Shown piece after piece: positions 14,700 to 27,444 of a stretch of 64,000 bases of DNA. Position 1 is the stretch's first letter. Each line of letters starts with the position of its first letter. The position numbers and the translations under genes were made by a program. The notes below the pieces were generated by a model. That model was not told the origin of the DNA. It worked only from the letters and a program-made list of their open reading frames with translations, and did no database searches. The stretch covers positions 124,868,001-124,932,000 of the forward strand of contig NC_042998.1 of assembly GCF_006345805.1 (NCBI RefSeq). The letters are read 5' to 3'. The stretch comes from Octopus sinensis. Its lineage: Eukaryota.

Positions 14700-15016
14700 T
14701 ATTCCGTCGGTTACGACAACGAGGATTCCAGTTGATCCGATCGACGGAACAGCCTACTCGCGAAATTAACGAGCAACTAGCTGAGCACTCCACAGATATG
14801 TGAACCCTTAACGTAGTTCTCGGAGAGATCCATCGTGACACAAATTGTAAAAAGGCTGGCCCTTTGATATACAAGTACTACTAATTTTTGGCAGCTGAGT
14901 GGATTGGAGCTACGTGAAATAAATGTTCTGGCTTAAGGACACAACGCTCAAGGACACAGCTCACGACTCTGCGATCGCGAGCCGTATGTCCTAACTATTA
15001 AGCCACGCCCCTTCAC
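14700..15016 (-). mobile_element. tRNA-derived CORE-like SINE, family C
   Basis: Minus-strand head GTGAAGGGGGCGTGGCTTAATAGTTAGG, then GCGTTGTGTCCTT...CCAATCCACTCAGCTG (CORE-like). Second copy at 45108-45372. Confidence 0.8.
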
Positions 15017-16439
15017 ATTCATGGAAGAATACAACAATAAATCGTACATATTAGTTCCACCGTAGGACTACATATCATAGGATTGCTTCGTGAAGACTGA
15101 CCTGAAGGTAGACAACAACTAGAGTGTACTTATACTGTTATATCATGCATAGATCTGGAATTCTATAGGGATGCTTCCTCTAAAATTAACAGAGCACATG
15201 TTTATATTATAGCAATAGATTCAGATTTATGTGGCTACATCCGAAACAAACAAAAAGCAGAATTGGTTCAAAATTAAGAGCTACTGGTATCCTGGCTAAG
15301 TTTTCGATACGATTTAAATTTAGCATTCCGTCTTCTCTTATTACTGTATTATGGTAGAGATGACGCAGCCCACATGACGTATCAGAAAGTGATCAGTGAA
15401 TAAAGCTTAATACTGCAGTGTCACAACCTAGTCAGATGTATTAGCTTGCGTTCTTTTGTTAATGCGGTTGTTATCTCTCTTCCTGAGATTCCAGATTTCA
15501 TACTATACAAAAAAGAACGTTTCAAATTCTCCGCTGGTGTTTGAAAAAGTACGTATCATTTTCATTTAGAATTGATTAATAATACAGACAACAGTGAGTT
15601 GTTTAATGCTATTTAAATTAAATGTTCTTATTTCAGAATTAATTTGAAGTACGTAATATAGCACATTATACATTAATATTATTTTCTACTCTAGGCACAA
15701 GGCCCGACTTAGACATCAATATTAAACAAAAACGTGGTTTATTTTCATGTTTAAGATATTTCACAGATAATTAATGCATAATAAATAAACTATGTGTCAT
15801 CAACAAGATTTAATTCATTGAACTTTTTGCTCTTGTCGAAGATGGTATGAAACTAAAAATCCACAACTTAACAAGGCCTTCGGGCGTTAATATGCGAATA
15901 GTTGAACAGATGGTAATTAATGATTTGCATTACAGTACACACTCATAAGTCGCCAACAGTAAGATGTTCTAAACCGCATGTTGTTTTCTCCAGAGAATTA
16001 GCTTTTAAATTTTCGGAGAAAAAGCACAACTTACGGTAATTTTGTGGTGAATTCAATTAAAATCAGGTGTATTAGTGCAACGTTTGCTATAAAAATAGTT
16101 CGTAACATCTATAATGAAATGATGCACAAACATATTTCACTGAAGGGAAAGAATTCATTTTAGTCCATACGGAATGAAATCACACGTTTTCCTAATATAT
16201 CAACTTAACTCATATATAGAAAATAATTTCAAAGTTTACTTTATGATAGATTATATATTGTTTTATCCATGTCTATAATATGTAACTATGTTGAAGATCA
16301 ATTTAATTCGGTTTGAATAAGGTATCTCATTTTTCCTGTTTGACACACAACAACTTTAGCGTGTAGTCTTGGTTGGTTAAATTTGATTTTAAAAAAAGTA
16401 GGAGGTGCAAACAATAAGATTACTTATTTCTAATATGAG

Positions 16440-16625
16440 CACAAGAACTAAAATTGGGATGTTGTTGATTTTATCGACCCCCGTGGTTGGTTGGTTGGTT
16501 GGTACTTTATTTTATTGACACCGGAAGGAGGAAGCGAAAGTTGACCCCGGTTAGATTTGAGATCAGAACGTAAAGAACTGCAACGGATACTGTAAAGCAT
16601 TTTGTCTAACACATAAATCGGTGGT
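16440..16625 (-). mobile_element. SINE family A, degenerate copy with a (GGTT)n patch
   Basis: Similarity to family A body and B-box region. Confidence 0.7.
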
Positions 16626-17414
16626 TCTTTATGATAGATAAAAGTAAGAAAACTAAAAATTAAACAAAGAAACAACCAAATTATTAAAAGTAATATGTTC
16701 TAAATTCTATGTTCTACATGAATAAAAATTAATCCAGCTACTGAAATAATTAAGCAGTTACCTGTTACATTAATATAAGCAGAAAAATTCGATTGAAGCC
16801 CGAAAGATAATAGCAATTAAATATGTCAAGGCTAAAGAATAACAGTCAGTGGTGAAGCCATTAAGACAACTGAAAGAAAAGATGATTTTTCATCAGAATA
16901 GAGAAGTTAGTATAGTCAAATAAGTGGGTATTGTCGCGTGAACTGAGAAGAGAAATTGAACATTTCAAACACAGGTGACACTTCAGTTTGTCAAGCTTTT
17001 CTGCAGACCATATTTTGTCGTGTGTGGTCACCGTGCACCATGAGTGTTACTGTTTTCGTAGAACCAAAGAGAATTTATTTATTTTCAGTTATAGACTTCC
17101 TCGTCAAGCACGACTTATTTTTTCTGAACTGTGTTACTTGAGTTTTACTTCTTTCCTTTCCCTCTTCTTGTTCTTTATTCACTTCTTATACGCTTATGGC
17201 ATTTATCTAATGCTCCTGCTGCCATCTTCAATCCCTATCTTCCACTTTCAATTCTTCACTCATTGGTTTTCTTTTACTCTGTATATAGCACATGAGCCAT
17301 TTTTCTACTTTTAACACTCACTTGATTTATTTTTCTCTCTATTCACTCGTATTCATCTCGTTTCCAGGTTATTTGCTCACTACATTGCTTCCTCCTACTC
17401 CACTGCCTCTGAAA

Positions 17415-17649
17415 ATATTTACTTTTTATTGCCCAGAGGGGGATAAACATAGAGGGGACAAACAAGAACAGGCAAAATAATTAAGTCGATTACATCGATC
17501 CCAGTGCGTAACTGGTACTTATTTATCGACCCCGAAAGGATGAAAGGCAAAGTCGACATCGGCGGAATTTGAACACAGAACGAAACGCAGACGAAATACC
17601 GCTAAGCATTTCGCCCGGCGTGCTAACGACTCTACCAGCTCGCCGCCTC
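17415..17649 (-). mobile_element. SINE family A
   Basis: Near-complete copy: CGACCCCGAAAGGATGAAAGGCAAAGTCGAC...GCTCGCCGCC. Confidence 0.9.
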
Positions 17650-18807
17650 TAAAATATTGTTGGCTCAACTTAAATACAGGTCTCAAATAATAAATTACAC
17701 ATCTGCTCACTGCACGAATAAATGTTTTATAAACTTAAACAATTTTTTTTTGCCGATTTTGTAAATATTGGTGCTTAACTATATATTTCTTCATTCCCGC
17801 ATTATAATATGGTGTTGATGGATATTGACATTGAATCGGAATCATTTGTTAGATTCAGGATAACACTATAACATTTTGGATTCAAATTTTGATTCTTCAA
17901 CTCACACATATCTATAAATATCAAAAATGTATGATCCCATATATCTATCGTTTTATGATAAACTTGGACATATTTCATATGTTTTATAAAACTGTTTATC
18001 ACATTTCTTATGCTAAGTTCAAAAACTGACCTCATCAGAGACTAAAGTCTGACTTTTAAATCAGTGTATCTGCTGACTCGAAAACGCGTGATTCTAACAG
18101 GATGTGATTGTAACAGACCTATCTGTAGCCAATAATAAATGGAGAATCATGGATTATTGATTAGAAAAATAATGAAGACTTGCAGATTATTGATTAGGTG
18201 TTTTCTTTTATAGACATAGATCTTCGGAAGCTTGTACAAATAATACATTAAAATTTCCATCAATGAGATTCATTGCATTTTTGTTAACAAATGCTAGAAA
18301 ACAAACGTGAAATTCCAGAATGGTTTAGTGAAAAAAAAAACAGTAAAAGTCGACAGCGTCTGATTCAGTTACACACGAAATTCGTGTTAAATGCGGAAAA
18401 TTTGTATTTGTGTTGTGCTTTTATTTGTCGTTTATGGAAACATAGGGAAAATCTCAAATTTCTTATATGTTTGAAACCGAAGAGGAGGGCCAGGTACCAT
18501 AGTTTACAAAACCTTATTCACTAGTGTACTGGAAGCAATTGCTGTCAAACATGAACTTCTATGATTCTGTAATGGAAATGTGAGAAGAGAGAGAATTCTA
18601 ATTCGTTGGATTAATGAAGAAGAGGAAATTTATGTATCATTTAATGTCATGTCTGTGGGTTTACAAGGAATGAATGACGAAAGAAGAGACAAACACATTA
18701 AGAGTGGTACATAGTTTAATTATTAGAAGAACAGGAACATTATTATGATATCTAAAGAAACTCGAAATGGGACCAAGTGTGAAGCATCACTAATACATGA
18801 TGCAATT

Positions 18808-19400
18808 GAGGGCGGCAAACTGGCAGAATCGTTAGCACGCCGGGCGAAGTGCTTAGCAGTATTTCGTCAGCAGCTACGTTCTGAGTTCAAATTCCGCCGA
18901 CGTCCACTTTGCCTTTCATCCTTTCGGGGTCGATAAATTAAGTACCAGTTACGCACTGGGGTCGTTGTAATCTGTCTGTCCTTGTTTGTACTCTTTGTGT
19001 TTAGCCCCTTGTGGGTAGTAAAGAAATAGGTATTTCGTCTGCCGCTACGTTCTGAGTTCAAATTCCGCCTAGGTCGACTTTGCTTTCATCCTTTCGGGGT
19101 CGATAAAATTAGGTACCAGTTACGCACTGGGGTCGATGTAATCGGCTTAATCCGTTTGTCTGTCCTTGTTTGTCCTCTTTGTGTTTAGCCCCTTGTAGGT
19201 AGTAAAGAAATAGGTATTTCGTCTGCCGCTACGTTCTGGGTTCAAATTCCGCCGAGGTCGACTTTGCCTTTCCTCCTTTTGGCTCGATTAACTAAGTACC
19301 AGTTACGCATTGCGGTCAATGTAATCCACTTAATCCCTTTATCTGGCCTTGTTTGTCCCCTCTATGTTTATCCCCGTGTGGGCAATGAAGGAATAAATAT
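18808..19400 (+). mobile_element. SINE family A head-to-tail trimer
   Basis: One full head followed by two units that restart at GGTATTTCGTCTGCCG (about 19029 and 19213). Period 184 bp. Confidence 0.92.
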
Positions 19401-19539
19401 ATGGTGCAATTGTTCTCTATATAAGACCAATGACTGTTCAGATCTTATTAGATTCAAACCTTAAGAGAGTGAACCCAACAAAAACAAAAAGCGATTTTGT
19501 ATTAAGAACTGTTTTAATAAAACATCATATCTCTTTTAT

Positions 19540-19650
19540 TCTCTTACTTGTTTCAGTCATTTGACTGTGGCCATGCTGGAGCACCGCCTTTAGTCGAGCA
19601 AATCGACCCCAGGACTTATTCTTTGTAAGCCTAGTACTTATTCTATCGGT
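19540..19650 (-). mobile_element. SINE family B, 3' fragment
   Basis: CTTACTTGTTTCAGTCATTTGACTGTGGCCATGCTGGAGCACCGCC matches 51270-51380. Confidence 0.9.
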
Positions 19651-20013
19651 AAATAAATTGTCAGTAGTTCACATATCCGAAAATATTTTTTAAGCATTAG
19701 AGCAGTAAATGTGGATTTAGCAAGTTAAAAGTCATATTGTAACCATTGGATGCGCTTTCAGCCACTTGTGTCTGACAAGTCATCTGTTCTGCTAAGCGCT
19801 ATAAAGGTTCGATACCAAAGAGCACTCTATGACAGACGTAAATTGTGACTTCCTAATATATATATATAACCACTATAGACATTTTGAGTGCTTTATTTTA
19901 AGGAGGTTATATCATGTTCCCCTAAACAAGTAGCAGGAATTATTTGTACACATTGATAAACATATAAACGCATATATGATTATACATACAGTATTTGTGT
20001 GTACGTGTATGCC

Positions 20014-20053
<40 letters not shown>

Positions 20054-20660
20054 ATGCCATAGCTTGTGAACTCCTACAGCAGAGTAAAATTACTTAACCT
20101 AGCGAAGACCTCTACCTGTTTTGCTTTATTAACAGAATATTCTATTATCAAACCTATATGTATTTCAAATTGTACATGTCATATTTCACAAAGCTTCACC
20201 CTCCAAATTCCATGAGCTTCGAAAGATTGTCTACTTTGTTGGCATTGAAAAGTTTCAAATTGCTTATGTTGGCGTAAGTTCAAGCGTGACTTTCTCAGAA
20301 ATGCACTTGCTGTGTCTATGATCTTATTATAACTGTCAATTCCACTTACCTTTTGATCTGCAGGCCCCGAGGCATCACTGGAGATCTTCCTTGATAGTTA
20401 TTTCTTCGCAATTACATTCTCTCCAACTATTTACAATTCGATTAACTTTTAATATATGTCACTCATGTAGCTTCGTAGCTTTCGTTATTCGAATAGAAAT
20501 GAACGAAACTTTCTTGTGAATTTAATTCTTCAAAGATAGAAATTGTATTGAAATATGCTTAAGTAATTTTCTGTTAAAATGCTCTGACGTGGCAACTCAT
20601 TGCGCACACACACACACACACACGCGCGCGCACAAAAGTACTCACACATACACACGTGTG

Positions 20661-20696
<36 letters not shown>

Positions 20697-22099
20697 ATAT
20701 ATACGTGTGTGTATGTATACATACATATATATATATATATATGAGACAGAGAGAGAGAGAGTGAGATATTCATGTATGTTTTAGTGTCAGAAAGATTTTT
20801 CTCATTTTAGAAAATGATATTAATTGGATGAGATAAGACAATGTAATTAAGATATTTTCAGATAATAATTAAACAATAAACATCACTGGAAAAATATTGT
20901 TCGATATTTAGCAGATGGTAAAAATGGATTCATATTTAAAGAGAAATTTTAAAAGTCTAAATTAATAATCCATATATTAATTAAAATCTGAAACCTTTAA
21001 GGGCTTCGTAATCAACAGTTAAGTTTTATGATGATAACGTCACAAGTATTATTATATTTATTCAACGTTTCTAGGTCGAGTAGATAAAATTTGAAGCATT
21101 CCTTGTACTTCAGTAATTCATTATAACCTCATTTATATTTTTGTTTTTCCTCTAATCTTTTTCTGCATATACCTTGATGATAATTGCCTTCAACCACTTA
21201 TAGTAATTATCCCGCTTGTTATTGCTATTGGCACTGATTGGTAAAATTGTTATAACGTCAGACTAACTTTCATTACTTATGAATCTGAAAAGTGTAAGTT
21301 CAAATCCAGCTAAAATCAACTTTATTTTTCATCTTCTCTGGTTCTATAAGCTAAAGTATACGGCAAGTACTGGGTTCGATATCATGGACTAACTCCCTCC
21401 CTTCAAAACTGCTGACTTGGTAAGATTTTGTTATCGTTCCTCGGTCAGAATTCTTTCTTTTCTTTACTCATTCTGTCTACAATTTTCTGTTTTCGAACAC
21501 ATGTTTACCATCGTTTTAGCAATGTGTTAGATCAATTAATTGCTGAGTTATTTTGTTTTAATTTTATTAGCGATTTCTCTTGTTCTTTCCCCAATCTCCT
21601 ATTATCTTTCTGCTTTCTCAGCCTCTGCCATATATTTGCTGGCTTTTCTGGAAACAGAAAGCAGTTGCTATATTTATTCAAATTGTAGTTATTTTTATTC
21701 ATTTCCCTTAATTCTTTACTGGATATTTTTGCAATCCTACAAAATATTTAATAAAATTCTACTTACAAAAAACCTCCATCTCCTTAAGCCTGTGATAAAT
21801 ATAATCTTTTCGTGTCGAATTTTCGGCGATCTTTTTTAATATAGTTATTGATACGGTTATTAAAAAAAATATGCATTTGAATACAAAATAAGTCTAATTC
21901 ACTTATAAATATGATTTATAATACTCGGACAGCGAAAGTATTGTCGTCTATTATTGGTAATTTAGGTCTATTTTCTAAGTTTAAAGTAAATGTGTCTATC
22001 ATTTTACTTCCTTACAATCACTTTCAATTGTGTGTGTGTGTGTGTGTGTTTTACACAGAATAGTTCATTAATTCTTTGGCATATGTTTATATTTGGTTA

Positions 22100-22344
22100 A
22101 ACATTACGTAAGTGTACATTATTTACATTCGACGGATATTTGTCTTCATCTTGTTAACACAACGTTTCGGCTGATATACCCTCCAGCCCTCTGCAGGTGT
22201 CCTGGGGAAATTTCGAACCTGGTTTCTCATTCCTAAGGTATGTTTCGAAGTTATAATTATTGTTGTTGTTCAGGTCACTGTTTGGAATCGAACTCGGAAT
22301 CTTGGAGTTAGTATACCGCGCTCTTAACCACTACGCCATATGCC
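22100..22344 (-). mobile_element. Short element with tRNA-like Pol III head, hammerhead-like motif and (AAATAATGT) tail
   Basis: Minus strand reads GGCATATGGCGTAGTGGTTAAGAGC (A box)...GAGTTCGATTCC (B box), then the HHR-like fold at 22200-22157, then AAATATCCGTCGAATGTAAATAATGTAC. Confidence 0.75.
22157..22200 (-). ncRNA. Minimal type I hammerhead-ribozyme-like motif (core A6>C in this copy)
   Basis: acac-CTGCAGA-g-GGCTG-gagggtatat-CAGCC-GAAACGT-T-gtgt. Stem I acac/gtgt, stem II GGCTG/CAGCC, palindromic ACGT stem III. Confidence 0.65.
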
Positions 22345-22530
22345 TATATCTAGTGAGTAACTTTCTTGTATTTCTGTCTAAGCTGTTTCGTTCATCTGCT
22401 GTCCTTGTAATTGCCCCTGCTCCATATCTAAGGTGTGAAACCGCCCAGGTGTTGATAGCTTCAGTCTTATTCTGCCCGTTTAATTTCGATTTAAGGATCA
22501 CTCTCAGTTTGCGCAAGTATTGCTCCTTAA
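22345..22530 (-). mobile_element. R4/Dong-like non-LTR retrotransposon fragment
   Basis: ORF 22331..22516 (LRVILKSKLNGQNKTEAINTWAVSHLRYGAG...LDRNTRKLL) matches the post-RT motif of R4/Dong elements. Abuts (TTA)n. Confidence 0.7.
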
Positions 22531-22532
22531 AT

Positions 22533-22550
22533 TATCATTATTATTATTAT

Positions 22551-22605
<55 letters not shown>
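22533..22605. repeat. (TTA)n-(TAG)n trinucleotide microsatellite
   Basis: Directly visible. Confidence 0.97.
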
Positions 22606-22606
<1 letters not shown>

Positions 22607-23165
22607 AGTCAGAGAGCGGTGCATGCCATCAAAGTGACACTGGGGTAAAATATACGAAGCCCAGTATACCCATCATTACTACCCGTCTGATCAGGGTACA
22701 TATGTGAGCCACATGGTGATCTCATATCAAGATTAACAGCACATGACCTTGCAGCTGGGGCCCAGTTAGAATTTACTTCAGGTAAGTAGCTCATCCTGCT
22801 CAAAGGGTCCCTGAATAAGGGTTATTTAAGGATGTTGAATGAAACACCCATGTTTCCGAAGGCGAATTTTCTAAATCATAAATAATTCCTCTCAACACAT
22901 GGCTATGATGCTCCCCCCACTTCTTCTCGTGATCAGAGATGCACATATCGCCAGCCACTAAGGGACATGGTCAACTGGTTAAGGTCAAACACCTGACAAG
23001 CAAATCTGTGGTATTGAGCAGAATATTTGCTGTAGCCCATCTTTTATTCCAAGACAAAACAATGTACATGATAACACTTTCAATCAGTTAAGAGGAAAAG
23101 CCATGAAAGCCACTGCTTAGTACTGCGTCAGGGAATAGCCACTGCCTAGTACTGCATCAGGGCAT
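22606..23165. repeat. Unclassified ~560-bp non-coding interspersed repeat between trinucleotide microsatellites
   Basis: Bounded by (TAG)n and (TTA)n. Ends in a duplicated ~28-bp unit AGCCACTGC(T/C)TAGTACTGC(G/A)TCAGGG. Recalled as a common Octopus repeat but single-copy in this window. Confidence 0.5.
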
Positions 23166-23853
23166 TCACTATTTATTATTATTATTATTATTATCTGCTA
23201 GGGCTACTAAAAGTTTAGTTGTTTTCGTTGTAAATACTTTGTTTTGCTTTGTTTTTACCTTTCGTTCAATAAGGACCTCGTGAAAAACGGGGACAAAGTA
23301 ACGGTCCACAAAGAGCAACTTGCTTACAACGAAAATTATATTGCCATATCTTAAATTTTGATGTTGAAAATGCAAGGTGACACCAAAACCTAAGCTATTT
23401 GGAATGGTGGGAAGGGGAATGATTCGTCTGACTACGAAACTGAATAGTGGTGGTTCTTCTTACCTCAACTGAAATATAACCAGTTTGACCTCCATCAGTA
23501 CCAGGGAAGGAAAAGCAGAGGATTATAACAGAAACAACTACCACTGCGACAACGACATTACCATTAACAACATGTATCATAAAAAAAACAAGAACAGAAA
23601 CAACCACAACAGCAACAGTTGTAGGCAGCTGTGGCAGCAACAACGACAATGAGGATGACAAGTAAATAGTTGGAGAGACTACACTGGACAGATCTTTTTG
23701 CTGACATCCCTAAACAACAAGGAAGAACGTGAATGGGGAAGAGCCTAAATTGCAATTCCAGCAGAGGTTTTGGCAGCAACAGCTCGAAAAACAGTTCTGT
23801 ATAGTTGCTGTCGACAAAATTCCAAACTTCAGGAGCGTCAGATCACACTACTA

Positions 23854-23901
<48 letters not shown>

Positions 23902-23914
23902 GTTAGGGTGTTGG

Positions 23915-24090
23915 GCTGACAGAATCATTAGAGCGTCGAATAAAACGCCTTGCAATAATTCTTCCGGTTTCACATTCTGAGTTCGAATTCCACCTACATC
24001 AACTTTGCTTTTCGGGATACATAATGTACCATTGAAGTCGATTGAACTGAAAAACCCCTTCCATCCAAACTGGAGGCCTTTTACCTATAT
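23915..24090 (+). mobile_element. SINE family A, degenerate
   Basis: GCTGACAGAATCATTAG...CATTCTGAGTTCGAATTCC...CTTTGCTTTTCGGG. Confidence 0.7.
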
Positions 24091-24969
24091 TAGAAACACT
24101 CATTATTATTATCACTATTCTCGTCGCTATCTTCAATATTTCCTTTACCTATCATTGATTTTTGTCAGGTTTACATATTTCTCACTAGCTTCTCTACCAA
24201 AGTATGCGGATTTTTTTACAACTCCATTATAATAAGAGACAATCATGGCTCCTCTACGTACCATTAGTCAGAGGTCTATGAGATTTCTACATAAAATACG
24301 CCGCTAATCAATACATGTCTTATATCATTTGAACTCGTTGTCTAAACCATGAACATCAATTATTTGGGGTGAGTGATTCAATAGAGATTTTAAGCCTGTT
24401 CACTTCATTCGTCTCACCAAACACTTTCGAAAGGGTATGAAAGTCACACAATCATTCATTTTCTGAATTTAAAAAGTTCAGAAAGCGTTTCTGTAAAACT
24501 TATGGTGCATTATGTTTATATAACATCGACAACTGGCGGAGAAAATCCGATTTAAAAATAATACTATAACACAAGAATTTCAAAATGTCCTCAAATATTT
24601 ACCAATATGTTGTAAAATTCAGTAACTTTCCATTAAGACTGTTTCCATAAGATACTTTCTTATACTTCTGTTTGTAGGTTGGTGTATTTTCTTTTTCTTT
24701 TTATCTTGAAAGTTGGTACTTTGAAATAAGAATTTTGTCTTAAGCCATTCTCTGTATTCTGGTAGAAAACAATAGGAAAAATAAATTTTCACTTTGACGG
24801 GCAAAAAAAAAACAACACAAAGACTGAGAAAAACAAGAATATACATACATGCATATGTATATGGCACATACATAAGTACAAACATCCATATAAACATACA
24901 AAGATATATGCTTATATCGTTTCTCTGTTTGATGTATTTAACGTTATAAATTTATGTATACGCAATACA

Positions 24970-25119
24970 TACAAAGATATATCTACACACACACACATGT
25001 TCACACACACATATATGTATATTAGGGAGAAATATATTTATATATCTATATATATATATATACATATATATATAGTATATATACATATATAATATACATA
25101 TATAATATACATACATGCA

Positions 25120-25155
<36 letters not shown>

Positions 25156-25230
25156 TGTATGTATGTATGTATGTATGTGTGTATGTTTGTATGTATATGT
25201 ATATATGCACACACACACACACACACGTTT
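24970..25230. repeat. Compound (CA)/(TA)/(TATG) microsatellite
   Basis: Directly visible. Confidence 0.93.
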
Positions 25231-26214
25231 ATGCTTATAAACAAATTCATTATCTGAGTCTTGTTTCAAGTTACATAAGTTATATATAAGGTTTTATTTA
25301 AATCAATGACTATCCTGATTGATATAACATTCTTGGTGATTTCGATGAAACATTTTTTAATCTAATTTAATTCTAATTTAATTAATTTAAACCAATTATA
25401 CATTTCGTGGCGTTTATCTTAATGAAACATCTGTTGAGCGCGATTAAAGTATGAGCAACACCTAAAATTATGCTCTGCTATTAAATATGTTACTCTTAAA
25501 TTCCATTTATGCACGTACGTGCGAGTCGGTTCCCCTTAGATTTACTGCAAATATATTAACGTGTAAGCATTTAACGAATGTGTTATTGCTTGAGCTTTTG
25601 ATTTCCGTACATTTGTTCTTTGAAGTTTATATATCAAATTCTCTATCTGGTTATGTGTGTGATTGTGTGAGTAAGAGTTTATCTGCGTGTGTATGCACTA
25701 TACACCTTTTAATCACAACAAGCCCTTTCTCTTCACGTATTTCCAGTTAACCCCACTTTTTTTTTGCTGCCTTGTTTTAACTTTTCCCTTCTTATACTTG
25801 TGCTAGTCAAACAACCTTTTTCGATTTCACTTCCTAAGGCTTTAGGAGATAGTTTTAAAAATAAAATATAAATGATGAAACCTATTCTTTACTTGAATAT
25901 GCATCGTGACAACTTTGCCTTAGAAACAAAGCTTCATATACACACGCCATTCCGTAGTAGAACTATTAACATCGAGACGTATTATATTATCTTCGATAAA
26001 AGTAACAAGATAAATCTTTCTTTTATATTTTTCTTCAACTAGCTAACTTTCTGTTATAGATACAATACGTTACCAAGAATTGATTTTTTTGATTTGTGTT
26101 TATATACTTATCATTGATGATATTTCTACTCTTGATAGTTTTACGCTTTCTGAGCACGTGCCTATCATGTATATGTATATATTTTTTGTGTGTTTGCATG
26201 TGAGAGATATATAT

Positions 26215-26226
26215 AGATAGATATAC

Positions 26227-26291
<65 letters not shown>

Positions 26292-26308
26292 ATATATATA
26301 TAATATAT

Positions 26309-26340
<32 letters not shown>

Positions 26341-26341
26341 C

Positions 26342-26374
<33 letters not shown>

Positions 26375-26408
26375 TATACATATATTTATATAATATATAT
26401 ATATATAT
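26215..26408. repeat. (TA)n microsatellite, 5' flank of the LINE
   Basis: Directly visible. Confidence 0.96.
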
Positions 26409-26717
26409 GGATTAACTGTTGGAGTGGACGGACGTCTATTTGTTTCTCTCCCAAGTCAGTAGCAAGCTACACAGCTTCAAAACTAACTGACCTTAAATAT
26501 ATATATATTTGTAACCACGTTTTTGCCTACAAACCCGTAAGTACGTTTTCATTTAACTACAAATTGTTATATACACCTGTTTTTCTTTTAATATCCTCAA
26601 ACAACCAAATAATCAAAAACTCACACCCTTAAGAGAGAACATTTTTATATATATATACACTTCTTTAACTCCCAAGAAAGAATATATATATTTTCAAAAA
26701 TCAAAAGGAAAACAAAC

Positions 26718-27320
26718 ATGACTAACTTGCAGGCCTGCAACAGACGAAATTGGTCTGATAACGAAATTGATGTTTTAATAAACACATGGCTCTCTCTTTC
26801 CCAAACAGAAAATCTAAATGTCTTGTGTTTGAATGAGATTGCCGAAAAAACATCACAAGTGGTCAACACACGATCCGTCAAACAGATTCGTAGCAAGTTG
26901 AAACATATCGAAGTATCTTTCAAACTGATAAGAGGCCATTATGCAAAGCTTCTACATATTTTCACAGTTCAAGAACAACAACAGCTAGAAAATCAGCAGC
27001 CACAACAACAACAACAACAGAATGAGCCACTCCTGGTTCCCAGCACAATGGCTGACCCTGACATCGGTCAGGCACAACAACAACAACAACAGCCACAGCA
27101 ACAAGAACAACAACAGCCACTCCTCAACTCTAGCTTACTAGACGATTCACTAAATACCAGTATCTTTTCACCGCTCTCACAGCAACCACCACAATTATCA
27201 TCATCATCATCACCACCGCTGCCACCATCGTCTTCTATCACCAAAAATACCAACAAAAACCAAATAAGAAACCACTGCCCTCTTCCCCCACATCACACCA
27301 CCTCAATACTACTGCAGTAA
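26718..27320 (+). CDS. Putative LINE ORF1 N-terminal part: Myb/SANT-like (trihelix-type) domain plus polyQ and Ser/Pro linker
   Basis: RRNWSDNEIDVLINTW...EIAEK...TRSVKQIRSKLKHIEVSFK follows the Myb/SANT-like pattern. Followed by CAA/CAG polyQ tracts. Confidence 0.7.
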   Translation: MTNLQACNRRNWSDNEIDVLINTWLSLSQTENLNVLCLNEIAEKTSQVVNTRSVKQIRSKLKHIEVSFKLIRGHYAKLLHIFTVQEQQQLENQQPQQQQQQNEPLLVPSTMADPDIGQAQQQQQQPQQQEQQQPLLNSSLLDDSLNTSIFSPLSQQPPQLSSSSSPPLPPSSSITKNTNKNQIRNHCPLPPHHTTSILLQ

Positions 27321-27387
27321 CAAAAACTTAAAGAAACATAGGAAGCAGAATGCGCCCCCCACGGCTCAAACAAGAAATCCCCAAATA

Positions 27388-27444
27388 TGCCGCTATTCAC
27401 TGCGCCAGAGACTCTGCACAAATAGTGACTGCATCTTCACGCAT
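27388..27444 (+). other. CCCH zinc finger of ORF1 (different frame from 26718)
   Basis: C-RYSLRQRL-C-TNSD-C-IFT-H (CX8CX4CX3H), preceded by PQI and followed by LPGTRR. Confidence 0.75.

Noticed and set aside
14570-14735. Short ORF MSRNRMDKGDSATF... with a CTG|GTAAGA donor
   Set aside because: About 55 aa, no recognisable homology, runs into a SINE, and has no partner exon.
18808-19400. Regular repeats resembling a CRISPR array
   Set aside because: The units are contiguous 184-bp SINE copies with no unique spacers, in a eukaryotic context.
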